Shown here piece by piece: positions 46,837 through 62,130 of a DNA stretch of 64,000 nt (the first letter of the stretch is position 1; each line of letters begins with the position of its first letter). A model generated the notes under the pieces. It was not told where the DNA came from and did no database searches. It saw nothing but the letters and a program-made list of their open reading frames with translations. The stretch covers positions 8,879 to 72,878 of the forward strand of contig DAOTZV010000098.1 in the NCBI GenBank assembly GCA_034434235.1. Reading direction: 5' to 3'. The position numbers and the translations under genes were made by a program. The DNA comes from Anaerolineae bacterium (lineage in GTDB: Bacteria; Chloroflexota; Anaerolineae; CG2-30-64-16).

Positions 46837-49278
46837 TCACGCCCCCAGGGTCAGATCCACCTCGCCCCGGCCGCCCAATAGCTTGCGCGTGACGAAGTAG
46901 AGCACACCGATGGCGATCAGCACCACGACGATGATGACCGTCGAATAGCCGGCCGCGATGCTCACCCCGCCTTGTTCCCATTCGCTGAGGATCGAGGCGG
47001 TGACGATGCGCCAGCGCGCGCTGACCAGGAAGATGATCGCGGAAAGGCTGGTCATATGGCGGGTAAAGCTGAAGATCAGGCCGGCCAACAGCGCGGGCAA
47101 GATCAACGGCAGGGTGACGTGGCGGAAGGTATATTGCGCGTCGCCGCCCAGGATGCCGGAGGCCTCTTCGATGCTGGGATCGATCTGTTGCAGGGCCGCG
47201 ATCCCGGCGCGCACCGAGGCCGGCAGGCTGCGCACCACGAAGGCCGCGATGATGATGAACGGCGTGCCGACCAGGGCGAGCGGTTGGCCCACGAAGCAGA
47301 GCACGGCGATCAGGGCCAACAACGCGGCGGTCAATGCCGTCTTGAGGTTGACCGGCCGTCGGCCGGCCGCGTTGCGGCCCACGCCCTGCCAGATCGGATC
47401 GGCGATCACCAGCACCGACAGGAAGGTGTAGATGATCGCGGTCAACGGCGGCGGCGTCTGGAAAAAGACCGCGATGTGATCGGAGAGCTGGAACAGCGCG
47501 TTGCTCCAGAACCCGCGCTCGATGCTCCGGCTGAGGATGGCGATCGGCTGGGCGATGAACTCGATCCAATTGTACATCATCAGGTAAAAGCCCATGCCGA
47601 ACAACAGCCACGCCGACCTGGGCACGCGGGGCAAGCCGGCCGCCGCGCCTCTCCGCAGCAGGCGCCGGATCAGCGCGAAGAGCGCCAGCAACCAGTACAG
47701 GAGGGCCACCAGGTACAGCGCCAGGGCTTCGCCGAATTGGTTGAACAACACGGTCAAGCCGACGCCCACCGCCGTGCCCCCCACGAGCGCACCGATCCTG
47801 ATCAGCGCCTGTTGGCGCCTGGTGGCGGGCGCTGGGACCGGATCGCGGGCGACCTCCGGCCCCAGGTCGGCCTGCGGTTCCGTCCATTCGGATATCGGCA
47901 AAGCCGTTGCCGCCAGATAAAACGCCAGGAAGCCGTAAAGGAGGGCCACCACGAACCAGGGCACCGTATTGAAGGCCAGGACGAAGCCGATGCCCAGGAT
48001 GGTGCCGGGCACCGCGCCGCCCAGGTTGGAGACGAAATCCACCGCATCCTTGCCGCTAAAACGCTTGCGCACCACCAGGAAGGCGATCACCATGCCGGTG
48101 AGGCCGGCGAGCGGCGTGGCGAACGCGCTCAAGAAGGTGGTGTCGAGCATGGACTCGACCCCGCGCGTGAGCAGCAACCCCCACCAGCGCAACGTGGGCC
48201 TGAAGTCCACGCCCCACGCTTCGGCAAAAGAGCCGTAGACGATCGCCAGGTACAGGATCACGATCAGCGCGCAGGTCAGGGCGGTGATGGTGATGAAGAT
48301 CGCGCGGATCACCGGCTCGCGCACCACGATGTGGCCGCCGGTCGGCTTGCCCGTGACCGAGACATAAGAGCGTCGGGTCACGTAGTAACGTTGCACCAGG
48401 AAGATGGCCAGGGTGGGCAGGAGCAGGACGAACGCCAGCGCGGACGCCTTTTGATAATCGTATTCGCCGGCCACCGCCAGAAAGATCTGCGCCGAAAGCA
48501 CCGTGACGTTGCCGGAAATGAAGAGCGGATTGCCCAGGTCGGCCAGCGATTCGACGAAGAGCAGCAGGAACGATCCGGCGATGCCCGGGATCAGCAGCGG
48601 CAGGGTGACGGTGCGGAAGATGTGGAACTTGCCCGCGCCCAGGCTATGCGCGGCCTCCTCCATGCTCGGGTCCAGGCGCTCCAACATGGCGCGGATGATC
48701 AGATAGGCGACCGAGAAGAACGTGATGACCTGGACGAAGACCAGGCCGTCCATGCCGTAGATGTCGTTGGAGCCCGGCGGAAACTGCATCCCGAGCAGCT
48801 TGTGCGAGATCAGGCCGTTGCGGCCGAAAAGGAGGATCGTGCTCAGCGCCAGCGCGAAGGGCGGCGATACGGTGGGCACGAGCGCCAGGAGATGGATGAG
48901 CCGGCTTGCCGGCGGGTTGCAGCGCACCATGGTGTAGGCGAAAACGAAGCCCAACACGGTGCCGCCGATGGCCGTCAACAGGCCCATCTCGATGGTGTTC
49001 AGGAACACCTGGCGCGAATAGGGGCCGTAGTACGAGTCGAAGTAGCGCAGAAAGTACTTCAGGCTCAGCCGCGTGTACCAGGGGCCCGTGGCATTGGCTT
49101 CCACGAAGCCGTTGGCGGTGCCGCGATAGAGGGGGAAGACCACGAAGATGAAAAGGAACAGCCCGCAATAGAGCAGACTGATCATCAATACGGGGTCGCG
49201 GCCGATCAGGGCGAATTCGCGGTAGCGGCGGCGGAGGCCGGCGATCAAGGATCGCCCAGGGGTAGTAGCATCGTTCAC
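46837..49278 (-). CDS. ABC transporter permease, fused two-domain (FbpB/ThiP-like) with large inter-domain insertion
   Basis: 813 aa vs ~550 typical; two permease cores separated by ~250 aa of extra TM segments. Confidence 0.7.
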   Translation of the reverse strand: MNDATTPGRSLIAGLRRRYREFALIGRDPVLMISLLYCGLFLFIFVVFPLYRGTANGFVEANATGPWYTRLSLKYFLRYFDSYYGPYSRQVFLNTIEMGLLTAIGGTVLGFVFAYTMVRCNPPASRLIHLLALVPTVSPPFALALSTILLFGRNGLISHKLLGMQFPPGSNDIYGMDGLVFVQVITFFSVAYLIIRAMLERLDPSMEEAAHSLGAGKFHIFRTVTLPLLIPGIAGSFLLLFVESLADLGNPLFISGNVTVLSAQIFLAVAGEYDYQKASALAFVLLLPTLAIFLVQRYYVTRRSYVSVTGKPTGGHIVVREPVIRAIFITITALTCALIVILYLAIVYGSFAEAWGVDFRPTLRWWGLLLTRGVESMLDTTFLSAFATPLAGLTGMVIAFLVVRKRFSGKDAVDFVSNLGGAVPGTILGIGFVLAFNTVPWFVVALLYGFLAFYLAATALPISEWTEPQADLGPEVARDPVPAPATRRQQALIRIGALVGGTAVGVGLTVLFNQFGEALALYLVALLYWLLALFALIRRLLRRGAAAGLPRVPRSAWLLFGMGFYLMMYNWIEFIAQPIAILSRSIERGFWSNALFQLSDHIAVFFQTPPPLTAIIYTFLSVLVIADPIWQGVGRNAAGRRPVNLKTALTAALLALIAVLCFVGQPLALVGTPFIIIAAFVVRSLPASVRAGIAALQQIDPSIEEASGILGGDAQYTFRHVTLPLILPALLAGLIFSFTRHMTSLSAIIFLVSARWRIVTASILSEWEQGGVSIAAGYSTVIIVVVLIAIGVLYFVTRKLLGGRGEVDLTLGA

Positions 49279-49364
49279 GCCGATCCTCTTCTTGGGGTTG
49301 GAATGCGATCCGGGGCGTGCCCGGCATCCGTCAGTGGATCATTTCTCGTCCATGGGGATCGTTC

Positions 49365-49398
49365 ATGTGCCAGGCGCTAGAGAGGGCGCCTGGCACGT
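49365..49398. repeat. Family-A hairpin repeat (ATGTGCCAGGCGCTAGAGAGGGCGCCTGGCACGT)
   Basis: Inverted repeat between permease start and SBP stop. Confidence 0.8.
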
Positions 49399-49438
49399 CT
49401 GCGGCGATCTGCGAGACGGCCGCCAGGCCAGGATCTGG

Positions 49439-50479
49439 CTACTTCAGGTCCTTGGCTGCGGCGATCTCGTTGGTGAACTTATCAACGAATGCCTTCTTGT
49501 TCTCGCCGGCCCACTGGAAATTGTAGTCAATCAGCTTGACCTGGAGCAGTTCGGGATGGGAGAGCTGCACGCCCTGGACGGTGGGCGCCTGGTAAGCCTT
49601 GTACTTCGGGCCGAGCGCCTGCGCTTCGGCGGTCAGCGCCCAATCGAACCACAGCCGGGCCGCGTTCGGATGTTTGGCGCCCTTCAGGATCGCCTGGCCG
49701 CCGATCTCGTAGCCGGTGCCCTCCTGGGGGAAGGTCAGCTCGAGCGGCAGCTTGTTGTTTTCGATCTCGTTCACGATGTCGTGCGAGAAGACGATGCCGA
49801 CGGCGGCCTCGCCCTGGCCGACGAACTTGGCCGGCGCCGCACCGCTCTTGGTGAACTGGCGCACCTGCGCCGCGTACTTCTTGATGTATTCCCAGCCGGC
49901 CTGCTCGCCGCGCAGTTGCAAGATGGTGGCCAGCGCGGTGTAGGACGTGCCCGAGGTGGACGGATGCGCCACCATGATCTGGCCCTTGAACTCCGGCTTC
50001 AGCAGATCGTCCCACGAGGTGGGCGCCTTAACGCCCGGATGAGCGGCCAACCAGTTCTTGTTGGTGGCAAAGCCCAGGCTGCCGACGTAGATGCCGGCCC
50101 AGGTATTGTCCTTGTCCTTGAACTTGTTTTGATCGAGGAGGTTCTTGAAGTTGGGGGAGTTGTAGGCCTCCAGCAGGCCTTCCTTCTTGGCCGCGATGAA
50201 GCTGTCGATCGGGCCGCCCCACCAGATGTCGAATTGCGGATTCGCCTTTTCGGCCTGGATACGGGCCAGCGCCTCGCCGCTGGACATGCGGACGTAGTTC
50301 ACGGTGATACCGTACTTCTTCTCGAACTCCTGCTTCATGCCCTGACACCACTCTTCCTGCGGCGTACAGAGCACGTTGAGCTCCTTGTCCTTCGGCGCAA
50401 CGGGCGTGCAACCGATCAGGCCGACCAACATGCTGGCGACGACTACGAGGGCCAGCGCCATCCAGGTCCTTTGCTTCAT
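49439..50479 (-). CDS. ABC transporter substrate-binding lipoprotein (FbpA/ThiB/AfuA family)
   Basis: Lipobox LIGC. RBS GGAGGA 5 nt before ATG 50479. Iron(III)/thiamine-type SBP fold similarity. Confidence 0.7.
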   Translation of the reverse strand: MKQRTWMALALVVVASMLVGLIGCTPVAPKDKELNVLCTPQEEWCQGMKQEFEKKYGITVNYVRMSSGEALARIQAEKANPQFDIWWGGPIDSFIAAKKEGLLEAYNSPNFKNLLDQNKFKDKDNTWAGIYVGSLGFATNKNWLAAHPGVKAPTSWDDLLKPEFKGQIMVAHPSTSGTSYTALATILQLRGEQAGWEYIKKYAAQVRQFTKSGAAPAKFVGQGEAAVGIVFSHDIVNEIENNKLPLELTFPQEGTGYEIGGQAILKGAKHPNAARLWFDWALTAEAQALGPKYKAYQAPTVQGVQLSHPELLQVKLIDYNFQWAGENKKAFVDKFTNEIAAAKDLK

Positions 50480-50652
50480 ATGGTTCCTCCTTGAAAGTTG
50501 TGAATGGATGAGATGTGAGGACTGGGTAACGACCTTGTGATCATAAGATAGCACATCCTGGAAGGCGTGTCAACTGCGTCGAGGGCGAATCAACCGTTCA
50601 ATCTTCTTTCCTTCCATGGGAACCCCTATTTCAACTTTCAACTTCCAACAAG

Positions 50653-50680
50653 TTGACAAGCTTTCCAAAACGGCTATAAT
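50653..50680 (+). promoter_or_regulatory. Consensus sigma-70 promoter TTGACA-N16-TATAAT for tRNA-Leu
   Basis: -35 50653-50658, -10 50675-50680, 12 nt before tRNA 5' end. Confidence 0.7.
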
Positions 50681-50692
50681 AAGTTTTGTAAT

Positions 50693-50778
50693 GCCCCCGT
50701 GGTGGAATTGGTATACACAGTAGGTTGAGGGCCTATGCCCGTTCGGGCGTGCCCGTTCGAGTCGGGCCGGGGGCACCA
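50693..50778 (+). tRNA. tRNA-Leu (anticodon GAG), type II with long variable arm, CCA encoded
   Basis: Acceptor GCCCCCG/CGGGGGC. D-arm with G18G19. Anticodon loop TTGAGGG (U33, GAG, purine 37). Variable hairpin GCCCG-TT-CGGGC. T-arm GCCCG-TTCGAGT-CGGGC. Discriminator A + CCA. Confidence 0.9.
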
Positions 50779-50814
50779 CAAAGCAAAGGGTGGCGGCCTG
50801 GTCGGTTGCGCAAA

Positions 50815-50839
50815 GCTTCGGCCGGCCGCATTTTTGTTT
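50815..50839 (+). terminator. Intrinsic terminator after tRNA-Leu (CGGCCGGCCG palindrome + TTTTTGTTT)
   Basis: Palindrome 50819-50828 followed by T-run. Confidence 0.6.
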
Positions 50840-50861
50840 ATCCGCCGTGAGTCATTCTCTC

Positions 50862-51884
50862 GTGAGCGATTTGCCTTCGACAAACCTTGTTGCCCATCAC
50901 ACCGTCCTCGTGGCCGGCTGCGCGGGGTTCATCGGCTGGCAGGTGTGCGAGCAGTTGCTGGCCGAAGGCCGGCGCGTCTTCGGCGTGGACAACCTCAACG
51001 ACGCCTACGATGTGCGGCTCAAGACCTGGCGCCTGGAGCGCCTCCGTCGGGCCGCTGCCTTCCGCTTCTACCCGCTCGACATTACCGACCGCGCCGGCCT
51101 GGAGTCGTTGCGCGCGGAGATCGGCCAGGCCGGCTGCTCGGCGGTGATCAATCTGGCGGCCAGGGCCGGCGTGCGTTACTCGGTCGAAAACCCGTGGGTC
51201 TACGTGGATGCCAACGTCACCGGCACCCTGAATCTGCTCGATCTGTGCCGCAAGGCCGGCATCTCCAAGTTCGTCCTGGCTTCCAGCTCCAGCCTGTACG
51301 GCCAACACAACCCGCTCCCCTATCGCGAGGATCAGCCGACCGACCGGCCGGTCTCGCCGTATGCCGCGTCGAAAAAGGCGGCCGAGGCGCTTTCCTACAC
51401 TTATCATCACCTTTACGGCCTGGATGTCACGATCTTCCGTTATTTCACCGTGTACGGCCCGGCCGGCCGGCCCGATATGTTGCCCTTCCGTCTCGTGCAA
51501 TGGATCAGCGAAGGCCGGCCGGTGACCCTCTACGGCGACGGCACGCAATCGCGCGATTTCACTTACGTGGAGGACATCGCGCGCGGCACCGTCGCCGGGC
51601 TGAAGCCCCTCGGCTTCAGCGTGATCAATCTCGGATCGGATCGGCCGATCGGCCTCCTGCGGGCGATTGCGCTCGTCGAAGAACTGACCGGCCGGAAGGC
51701 ACAGATCGTCCACAGGCCGGCTCAGGCGGCCGATGTGGCTGCTACGTGGGCCGACATCTCGCGCGCACGCGAGCTTTTGGGCTGGCAACCCGTCGTGCCG
51801 TTCGAGGAAGGCATGGCCCGACTGGTGGCCTGGTATCGGGCGGAACGCGCGTGGGCCAGAGACGTGCCCACCGCGGCCGGCTGA
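50862..51884 (+). CDS. NAD-dependent nucleotide-sugar epimerase (UDP-glucuronate/UDP-GlcNAc 4-epimerase-like)
   Basis: GCAGFIG Rossmann motif, YAASK catalytic motif. Start uncertain: GTG 50862 chosen because earlier in-frame start 50790 would overlap tRNA terminator. Confidence 0.65.
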   Translation: MSDLPSTNLVAHHTVLVAGCAGFIGWQVCEQLLAEGRRVFGVDNLNDAYDVRLKTWRLERLRRAAAFRFYPLDITDRAGLESLRAEIGQAGCSAVINLAARAGVRYSVENPWVYVDANVTGTLNLLDLCRKAGISKFVLASSSSLYGQHNPLPYREDQPTDRPVSPYAASKKAAEALSYTYHHLYGLDVTIFRYFTVYGPAGRPDMLPFRLVQWISEGRPVTLYGDGTQSRDFTYVEDIARGTVAGLKPLGFSVINLGSDRPIGLLRAIALVEELTGRKAQIVHRPAQAADVAATWADISRARELLGWQPVVPFEEGMARLVAWYRAERAWARDVPTAAG

Positions 51885-51892
51885 GGTGCACG

Positions 51893-52981
51893 ATGCGCGT
51901 GGCCCTGGTCCACGACTGGCTGAACCAGCTCGGCGGCGCGGAGGGCGTGCTGGAGACGCTGGTCGAGATGTTTCCCGCCGCGCCGGTGTATACCAGCATG
52001 TATGCCCCCCATCTCATGCCCCCGCGCTATCGCGGCTGGGACATCCGCACCACGTTCATGCAACGGTTGCCCGGCATTTTCACGCACCATCAGGTCTATT
52101 TGCCCATCTACCCGCTCGCCTTCGACCGGCTGCGCCTGGATGGCTACGACCTGATCCTGAGCAATAAGAGCGGCTTCTGCCACGGCGTGCGCGCGGGGGA
52201 AGGGGCCACGCACATCTGTTATTGCTTGACGCCGACCCGCTTCCTGTGGCAATATGATCTGTATCGGGCCCGCGAGGCCATCGGCCCGGGCTTGAGCCTG
52301 GCGTTGCGACCGGTGATCGCCGCGCTGCGCCGCTGGGACCATGCTGCCGCGCAGCGCGTGGACCATTTCATCGCTATCTCGACGGAGATCCGGGAGCGCA
52401 TTCGCCGCTTCTATGGCCGGGAGAGCACGATCATCTATCCGCCGGTAGATGTGGAACGTTTTCAGCCGGCGACCGGGGCGGCCGACGATTATTTTCTGGC
52501 CGGCGGCCGGCTCATCCCCTACAAGCGGACCGACCTGGCCGTGCGCGCGTGCACCGCGCTGGGGCTGAAACTGTTGGTCTTCGGCGAGGGTCGCGACCGG
52601 CCCGCGCTGGAAAGGATGGCCGGCCCCACCGTGACCTTCCTCGGCCGGGTGTCGGCCGGGGAGCTGGCGCGACTGTATGCCGGCGCCAAAGCTTTCATCT
52701 TCCCCGGCCTGGAGGATTTCGGCATCGCGCCGGTGGAAGCGCAGGCGGCCGGCCGGCCGGTGATCGCGTTTCGCGGGGGCGGCGCGCTGGACACGGTCAT
52801 TCCCGGCCGCACGGGCGAATTCTTCGCCGAAGCGAGCGTTGAGGCGCTTCAGGAGGTGCTGCAACGCTTCGATCCGGCCGCTTACGATCCGGCCGCGTGT
52901 CGGGCCAACGCGGAGCGGTTCGGTCGCGCACGGTTCAAACAGGAGCTCGGCGATTTCATCCGCCGCCGGCTGGCGGCCTGA
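51893..52981 (+). CDS. Family 4 (GT-B) glycosyltransferase
   Basis: C-terminal GT4 EX7E-like region (GLEDFGIAPVEAQAAGRPVIA). Start overlaps upstream stop. Confidence 0.7.
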   Translation: MRVALVHDWLNQLGGAEGVLETLVEMFPAAPVYTSMYAPHLMPPRYRGWDIRTTFMQRLPGIFTHHQVYLPIYPLAFDRLRLDGYDLILSNKSGFCHGVRAGEGATHICYCLTPTRFLWQYDLYRAREAIGPGLSLALRPVIAALRRWDHAAAQRVDHFIAISTEIRERIRRFYGRESTIIYPPVDVERFQPATGAADDYFLAGGRLIPYKRTDLAVRACTALGLKLLVFGEGRDRPALERMAGPTVTFLGRVSAGELARLYAGAKAFIFPGLEDFGIAPVEAQAAGRPVIAFRGGGALDTVIPGRTGEFFAEASVEALQEVLQRFDPAAYDPAACRANAERFGRARFKQELGDFIRRRLAA

Positions 52982-52993
52982 AAGGATGGGCGC

Positions 52994-53680
52994 ATGGAAC
53001 TCAAGATGTACTGGCGCATCGTGCGACGCCGGTGGTGGCTGCCGATCGGCCTGGCGGCGGCCGTGTTGCTGTTCAGCCTGGCGAGCAACCGGCCGTGGGC
53101 GCCGCGGCCGGCCGTCTATCGCGCGACGATGCGCTTCAACGTGGGCGTGCAACCCGAACGCATCCCGGGCGTCTACACCTACGACCGCTACTACGCCATG
53201 ATGGCCTCGGAATTCCTGGTGGATGACCTGGGCGAAGTGGTGCGCAGCAGCGCGTTCGCCGAGGCGGTCAGCCGCAAGCTGGCCGAGCGAGGGATCGCCG
53301 TGCCGGCCGGCGCCATCGGCGCGAGCACGCAACCGGGCAAGCTGCACCGCATCTTCACCGTGTACATCACCTGGTCGGACGAGGCGCAGTTGCGCGCCAT
53401 TGCGGACGCGGTCGCGGCCACCCTCACGACGGGCAGCGCGGAGTTCTTTGCCCAGTTCACGCCGGCCGAAGCGGACATCCGGCTGATCGATGCGCCGACC
53501 ATCGGCCGCGTGGGCCGGTCGGCGCGCGAGCAGCTCGACCTGCCGTTGCGCGTCCTTCTGGCCTTGACAGCCGGCGTTGCGCTGGCGTTTCTGTTGGACT
53601 ATCTGGACGATTCGGTGCGGGCGGCCGACGACCTGGAGCGCCTGGGGCTGGGGGTGATCGGCGAGATCCCGCGGCGATAG
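52994..53680 (+). CDS. Wzz/polysaccharide co-polymerase (chain-length determinant) family protein
   Basis: N-terminal and C-terminal TM helices flanking a periplasmic domain. YWRIVRRRWW opening typical of Wzz. Confidence 0.55.
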   Translation: MELKMYWRIVRRRWWLPIGLAAAVLLFSLASNRPWAPRPAVYRATMRFNVGVQPERIPGVYTYDRYYAMMASEFLVDDLGEVVRSSAFAEAVSRKLAERGIAVPAGAIGASTQPGKLHRIFTVYITWSDEAQLRAIADAVAATLTTGSAEFFAQFTPAEADIRLIDAPTIGRVGRSAREQLDLPLRVLLALTAGVALAFLLDYLDDSVRAADDLERLGLGVIGEIPRR

Positions 53681-53731
53681 GCCGGATCGGCGCGGACGCG
53701 ACCTCGTTCTGTAAACAACCCTGCCCCGTTT

Positions 53732-53760
53732 TTGACAAGCACATCTGCTTCGGCTATACT
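53732..53760 (+). promoter_or_regulatory. Promoter TTGACA-N17-TATACT upstream of long rpsU leader
   Basis: -35 53732-53737, -10 53755-53760. Confidence 0.5.
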
Positions 53761-54009
53761 GTCCTCTGGCCTGAGATCCGTACACGTGTCCATGACAGGA
53801 GCACCTATGGCCTGAACGGAGCAACCTGTAGTTCTTGCACGCCCGAGAGGGATCGGGGACGAACAAGAGCGGCTTCCGTGCGGGTCGGGAGCCGGTTGAG
53901 TTGGTGGAAGCACAGGCATGATCGAAGGCCTCACCGGTGGGTGAGGCTTCGTGCTGTTAAGTTGGGACGTGATCGGATTGACTGTGGGCGAGGAAGGAGG
54001 TGAACACAC

Positions 54010-54222
54010 ATGGCTACTGTGGTGCTACGTCCCGGAGAGTCTCAGGAGTCGCTGTTGAAGCGCTTCCGTAAAGAGGTGATGAAGGAACGCATCCTGCCGA
54101 CCGTGCGCAAGAAGCGCTGGTTCACGCCGCCCAGCGAGCTGCGCCGGCTCAAGAAGCAGAAGGCGATCCGCAAGGCGCGGCAGGCGCAGCGACGCCGCGA
54201 GAGCCGGGAAGGCATCCGTTGA
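54010..54222 (+). CDS. rpsU: 30S ribosomal protein S21
   Basis: Basic 70-aa protein, LLKRFRKEV...KKRWFT pattern. RBS GGAGG. Confidence 0.85.
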   Translation: MATVVLRPGESQESLLKRFRKEVMKERILPTVRKKRWFTPPSELRRLKKQKAIRKARQAQRRRESREGIR

Positions 54223-54285
54223 GATGTCTGCCGGGCGTGGCTTCGGCCGCCGGATCTGTGGCCCCTATTCTGGAAGGGGAGAGTT

Positions 54286-54525
54286 ATGGCGAAGCAAGAA
54301 GACAAGCTGATCCTTGAGGGAAAAATCGTCGAGGCGTTGCCCAACACGACTTTCCGCGTCCAGTTGGAGAACGGCTATGAGGTGTTGGCCTATCTCTCCG
54401 GCAAGATGCGGAAGTATTACATCCGGGTCCTGCTCGGAGATCGCGTGCGGGTCGAGCTTTCGCCGTACGATCTGACGCGCGGGCGCATCATCTATCGTCA
54501 TCGCGGCCCGACCGGACCCGCGTGA
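54286..54525 (+). CDS. infA: Translation initiation factor IF-1
   Basis: S1-like OB fold ([32 protein letters not shown]). Confidence 0.9.
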   Translation: MAKQEDKLILEGKIVEALPNTTFRVQLENGYEVLAYLSGKMRKYYIRVLLGDRVRVELSPYDLTRGRIIYRHRGPTGPA

Positions 54526-54834
54526 GACGGTTGGGCGGTTGACCCCCGAGAGGCAGCGCCAGGTTGGGGCATCCTTGCGGCGGTGAGCTTTGCGCTGCGA
54601 TGGGCCAAAGGCGGGCTGCGATCTCCATCGGCCGGAGGAGCAAGCGGGCTTTGTCGTCGGGCCCGAATCTGGACCAAAGAAAAAATGCTTCTGTGATAAA
54701 AAAACGCGTCCGGGTATTGACAAGACGTGTTATAATAATTACGCACAAGCGCAAGCCGTAATGGGCGGTGGGTAGCCACCGCCCATTCGCTTATATCTCT
54801 ATGAAATGTTTCACGTGAAACACGGGGAGCCTGA

Positions 54835-55767
54835 TTGGCCGAGCAGGTTTCACAGTTGACTCACGCGATCTGTGATTACGAAGGCACCAGCTACCGGGCC
54901 CGTTTTTGGGCCGGTCAGGGCCGCGAATACGAAGATCTGGCCGAGCGCATCGCTTTGCGCCGGCTGTTGCCGCCACGGGGGCGGCGCCTCCTGGAACTGG
55001 GCGCGGGCTTTGGCCGCCTGGTCGACCTCTACGCCGGCTATGACCAGGTGATCCTCCTGGATTATGCCAAATCGGGCCTGCGCGAGGCGCAGGAGCGGCT
55101 TGGCCGATCCGACCGCTACCTCTATGTCGCCGCCGACCTGTACCACCTGCCCTTTGCACCGGAGATCTGCGATACGGTCGTCACCGTGCGCGTCCTGCAC
55201 CATCTCGTGGACGTGCCGGCGGCGTTCCGACAGATCGGCGGCGTGTTGCGTCGGGGCGGCGTGTATGTGTTGGAATATGCCAACAAGCGCAATCTGAAGG
55301 CCATCTTGCGCTATCTGGCGAGACGACAATCGTGGTCGCCGTTCGACCGGGCGCCCTATGAGTTTGTTCCTTTGAACTTCGATTTCCATCCGCAGTGGAT
55401 GAGGGACCAGCTTCAGAGCGCCGGATTTGCTGTCGTCGAAGAACTGGCGGTGTCGCATTTCCGCCACGCGTTCTTCAAGCGCCTGATCCCTCACCGGCAA
55501 CTGGCCAGGATGGACGCCGCACTTCAGGGGATCGGCGGCCGCTGGAAGCTCTCGCCCAGCGTCTTCGTGCGCGCCCAGACCGCCGGCACCGGCGAGATCG
55601 CACCGGGCGCCATCTTTCGCTGCCCCCGGTGCGCCGTCGGGCCGTTGACGGCGCGTGCCGATGCGTTGATCTGCGAGAACTGTGGAACACGATGGCGGAT
55701 GGATGACGGCATCTTCGACTTCAAATCGCCGATCGGCAATGCCGTCCACCCTGTGCGCCAACCGTAA
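54835..55767 (+). CDS. Class I SAM-dependent methyltransferase with C-terminal Trm112-like zinc ribbon
   Basis: SAM motif LLELGAGFGRL. C-terminal CPRC...CENCG. Sits between infA and rpoD. Confidence 0.6.
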   Translation: MAEQVSQLTHAICDYEGTSYRARFWAGQGREYEDLAERIALRRLLPPRGRRLLELGAGFGRLVDLYAGYDQVILLDYAKSGLREAQERLGRSDRYLYVAADLYHLPFAPEICDTVVTVRVLHHLVDVPAAFRQIGGVLRRGGVYVLEYANKRNLKAILRYLARRQSWSPFDRAPYEFVPLNFDFHPQWMRDQLQSAGFAVVEELAVSHFRHAFFKRLIPHRQLARMDAALQGIGGRWKLSPSVFVRAQTAGTGEIAPGAIFRCPRCAVGPLTARADALICENCGTRWRMDDGIFDFKSPIGNAVHPVRQP

Positions 55768-55845
55768 CTTGGGCCACCGCATGTTCGTAATGCGGGACGT
55801 TATACTGATTTGCCAGAATGAAGAAAAAGTCGAAGGAGAATGCCT

Positions 55846-57063
<1,218 letters not shown>

Positions 57064-57109
57064 CAAGAAGCCCGTAACGCAAGCCTCCGGCTTGCGCCCT
57101 GCGCAGCTA

Positions 57110-57154
57110 AAGCAAGAGCCCATCCCTTCACGGGATGGGCTCTTGCTTCTTCTG
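57110..57154. terminator. Intrinsic terminator between convergent rpoD and gyrB (17-bp stem AAGCAAGAGCCCATCCC/GGGATGGGCTCTTGCTT + TCTTCTG)
   Basis: Perfect long hairpin read from sequence. Confidence 0.6.
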
Positions 57155-57201
57155 CGCCGCTTCGACGCGGCCGCGCTTCGGCTTCGCGTCGGCGTATCCG
57201 C

Positions 57202-62024
<4,823 letters not shown>

Positions 62025-62094
62025 TCTTTTATTTTACCATAAATCCGATAATTCGCGAAAAAGATCACCCGTTATCGTTCACTTATCGCCTCGG

Positions 62095-62123
62095 TTGACG
62101 CGCCCGCGCCGATCCGCTACAAT
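62095..62123 (+). promoter_or_regulatory. Promoter TTGACG-N17-TACAAT; -10 ends 8 nt before GTG 62131 (leaderless candidate)
   Basis: -35 62095-62100, -10 62118-62123. Confidence 0.45.
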
Positions 62124-62130
62124 AAGCACC

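Noticed and set aside
46972-49380. 802-aa plus-strand ORF
   Set aside because: Antisense to the ABC permease, RG-rich low complexity, no motifs.
50790-50861. Upstream in-frame GTG start (50790) for the epimerase gene
   Set aside because: It would begin 12 nt after the tRNA 3' end and read through the tRNA terminator hairpin. Downstream GTG 50862 is preferred, though the exact start is uncertain.
50570-50883. Two small minus-strand ORFs (69 aa each) near 50.6-50.9 kb
   Set aside because: They overlap the tRNA-Leu gene, its promoter and its terminator.
54700-54735. TTGACA...TATAAT promoter upstream of the methyltransferase
   Set aside because: Spacer between the hexamers is only 8 nt, so not a functional sigma-70 geometry. 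The adjacent GGGCGGTGG-GTA-GCCACCGCCC hairpin is more likely an infA terminator.
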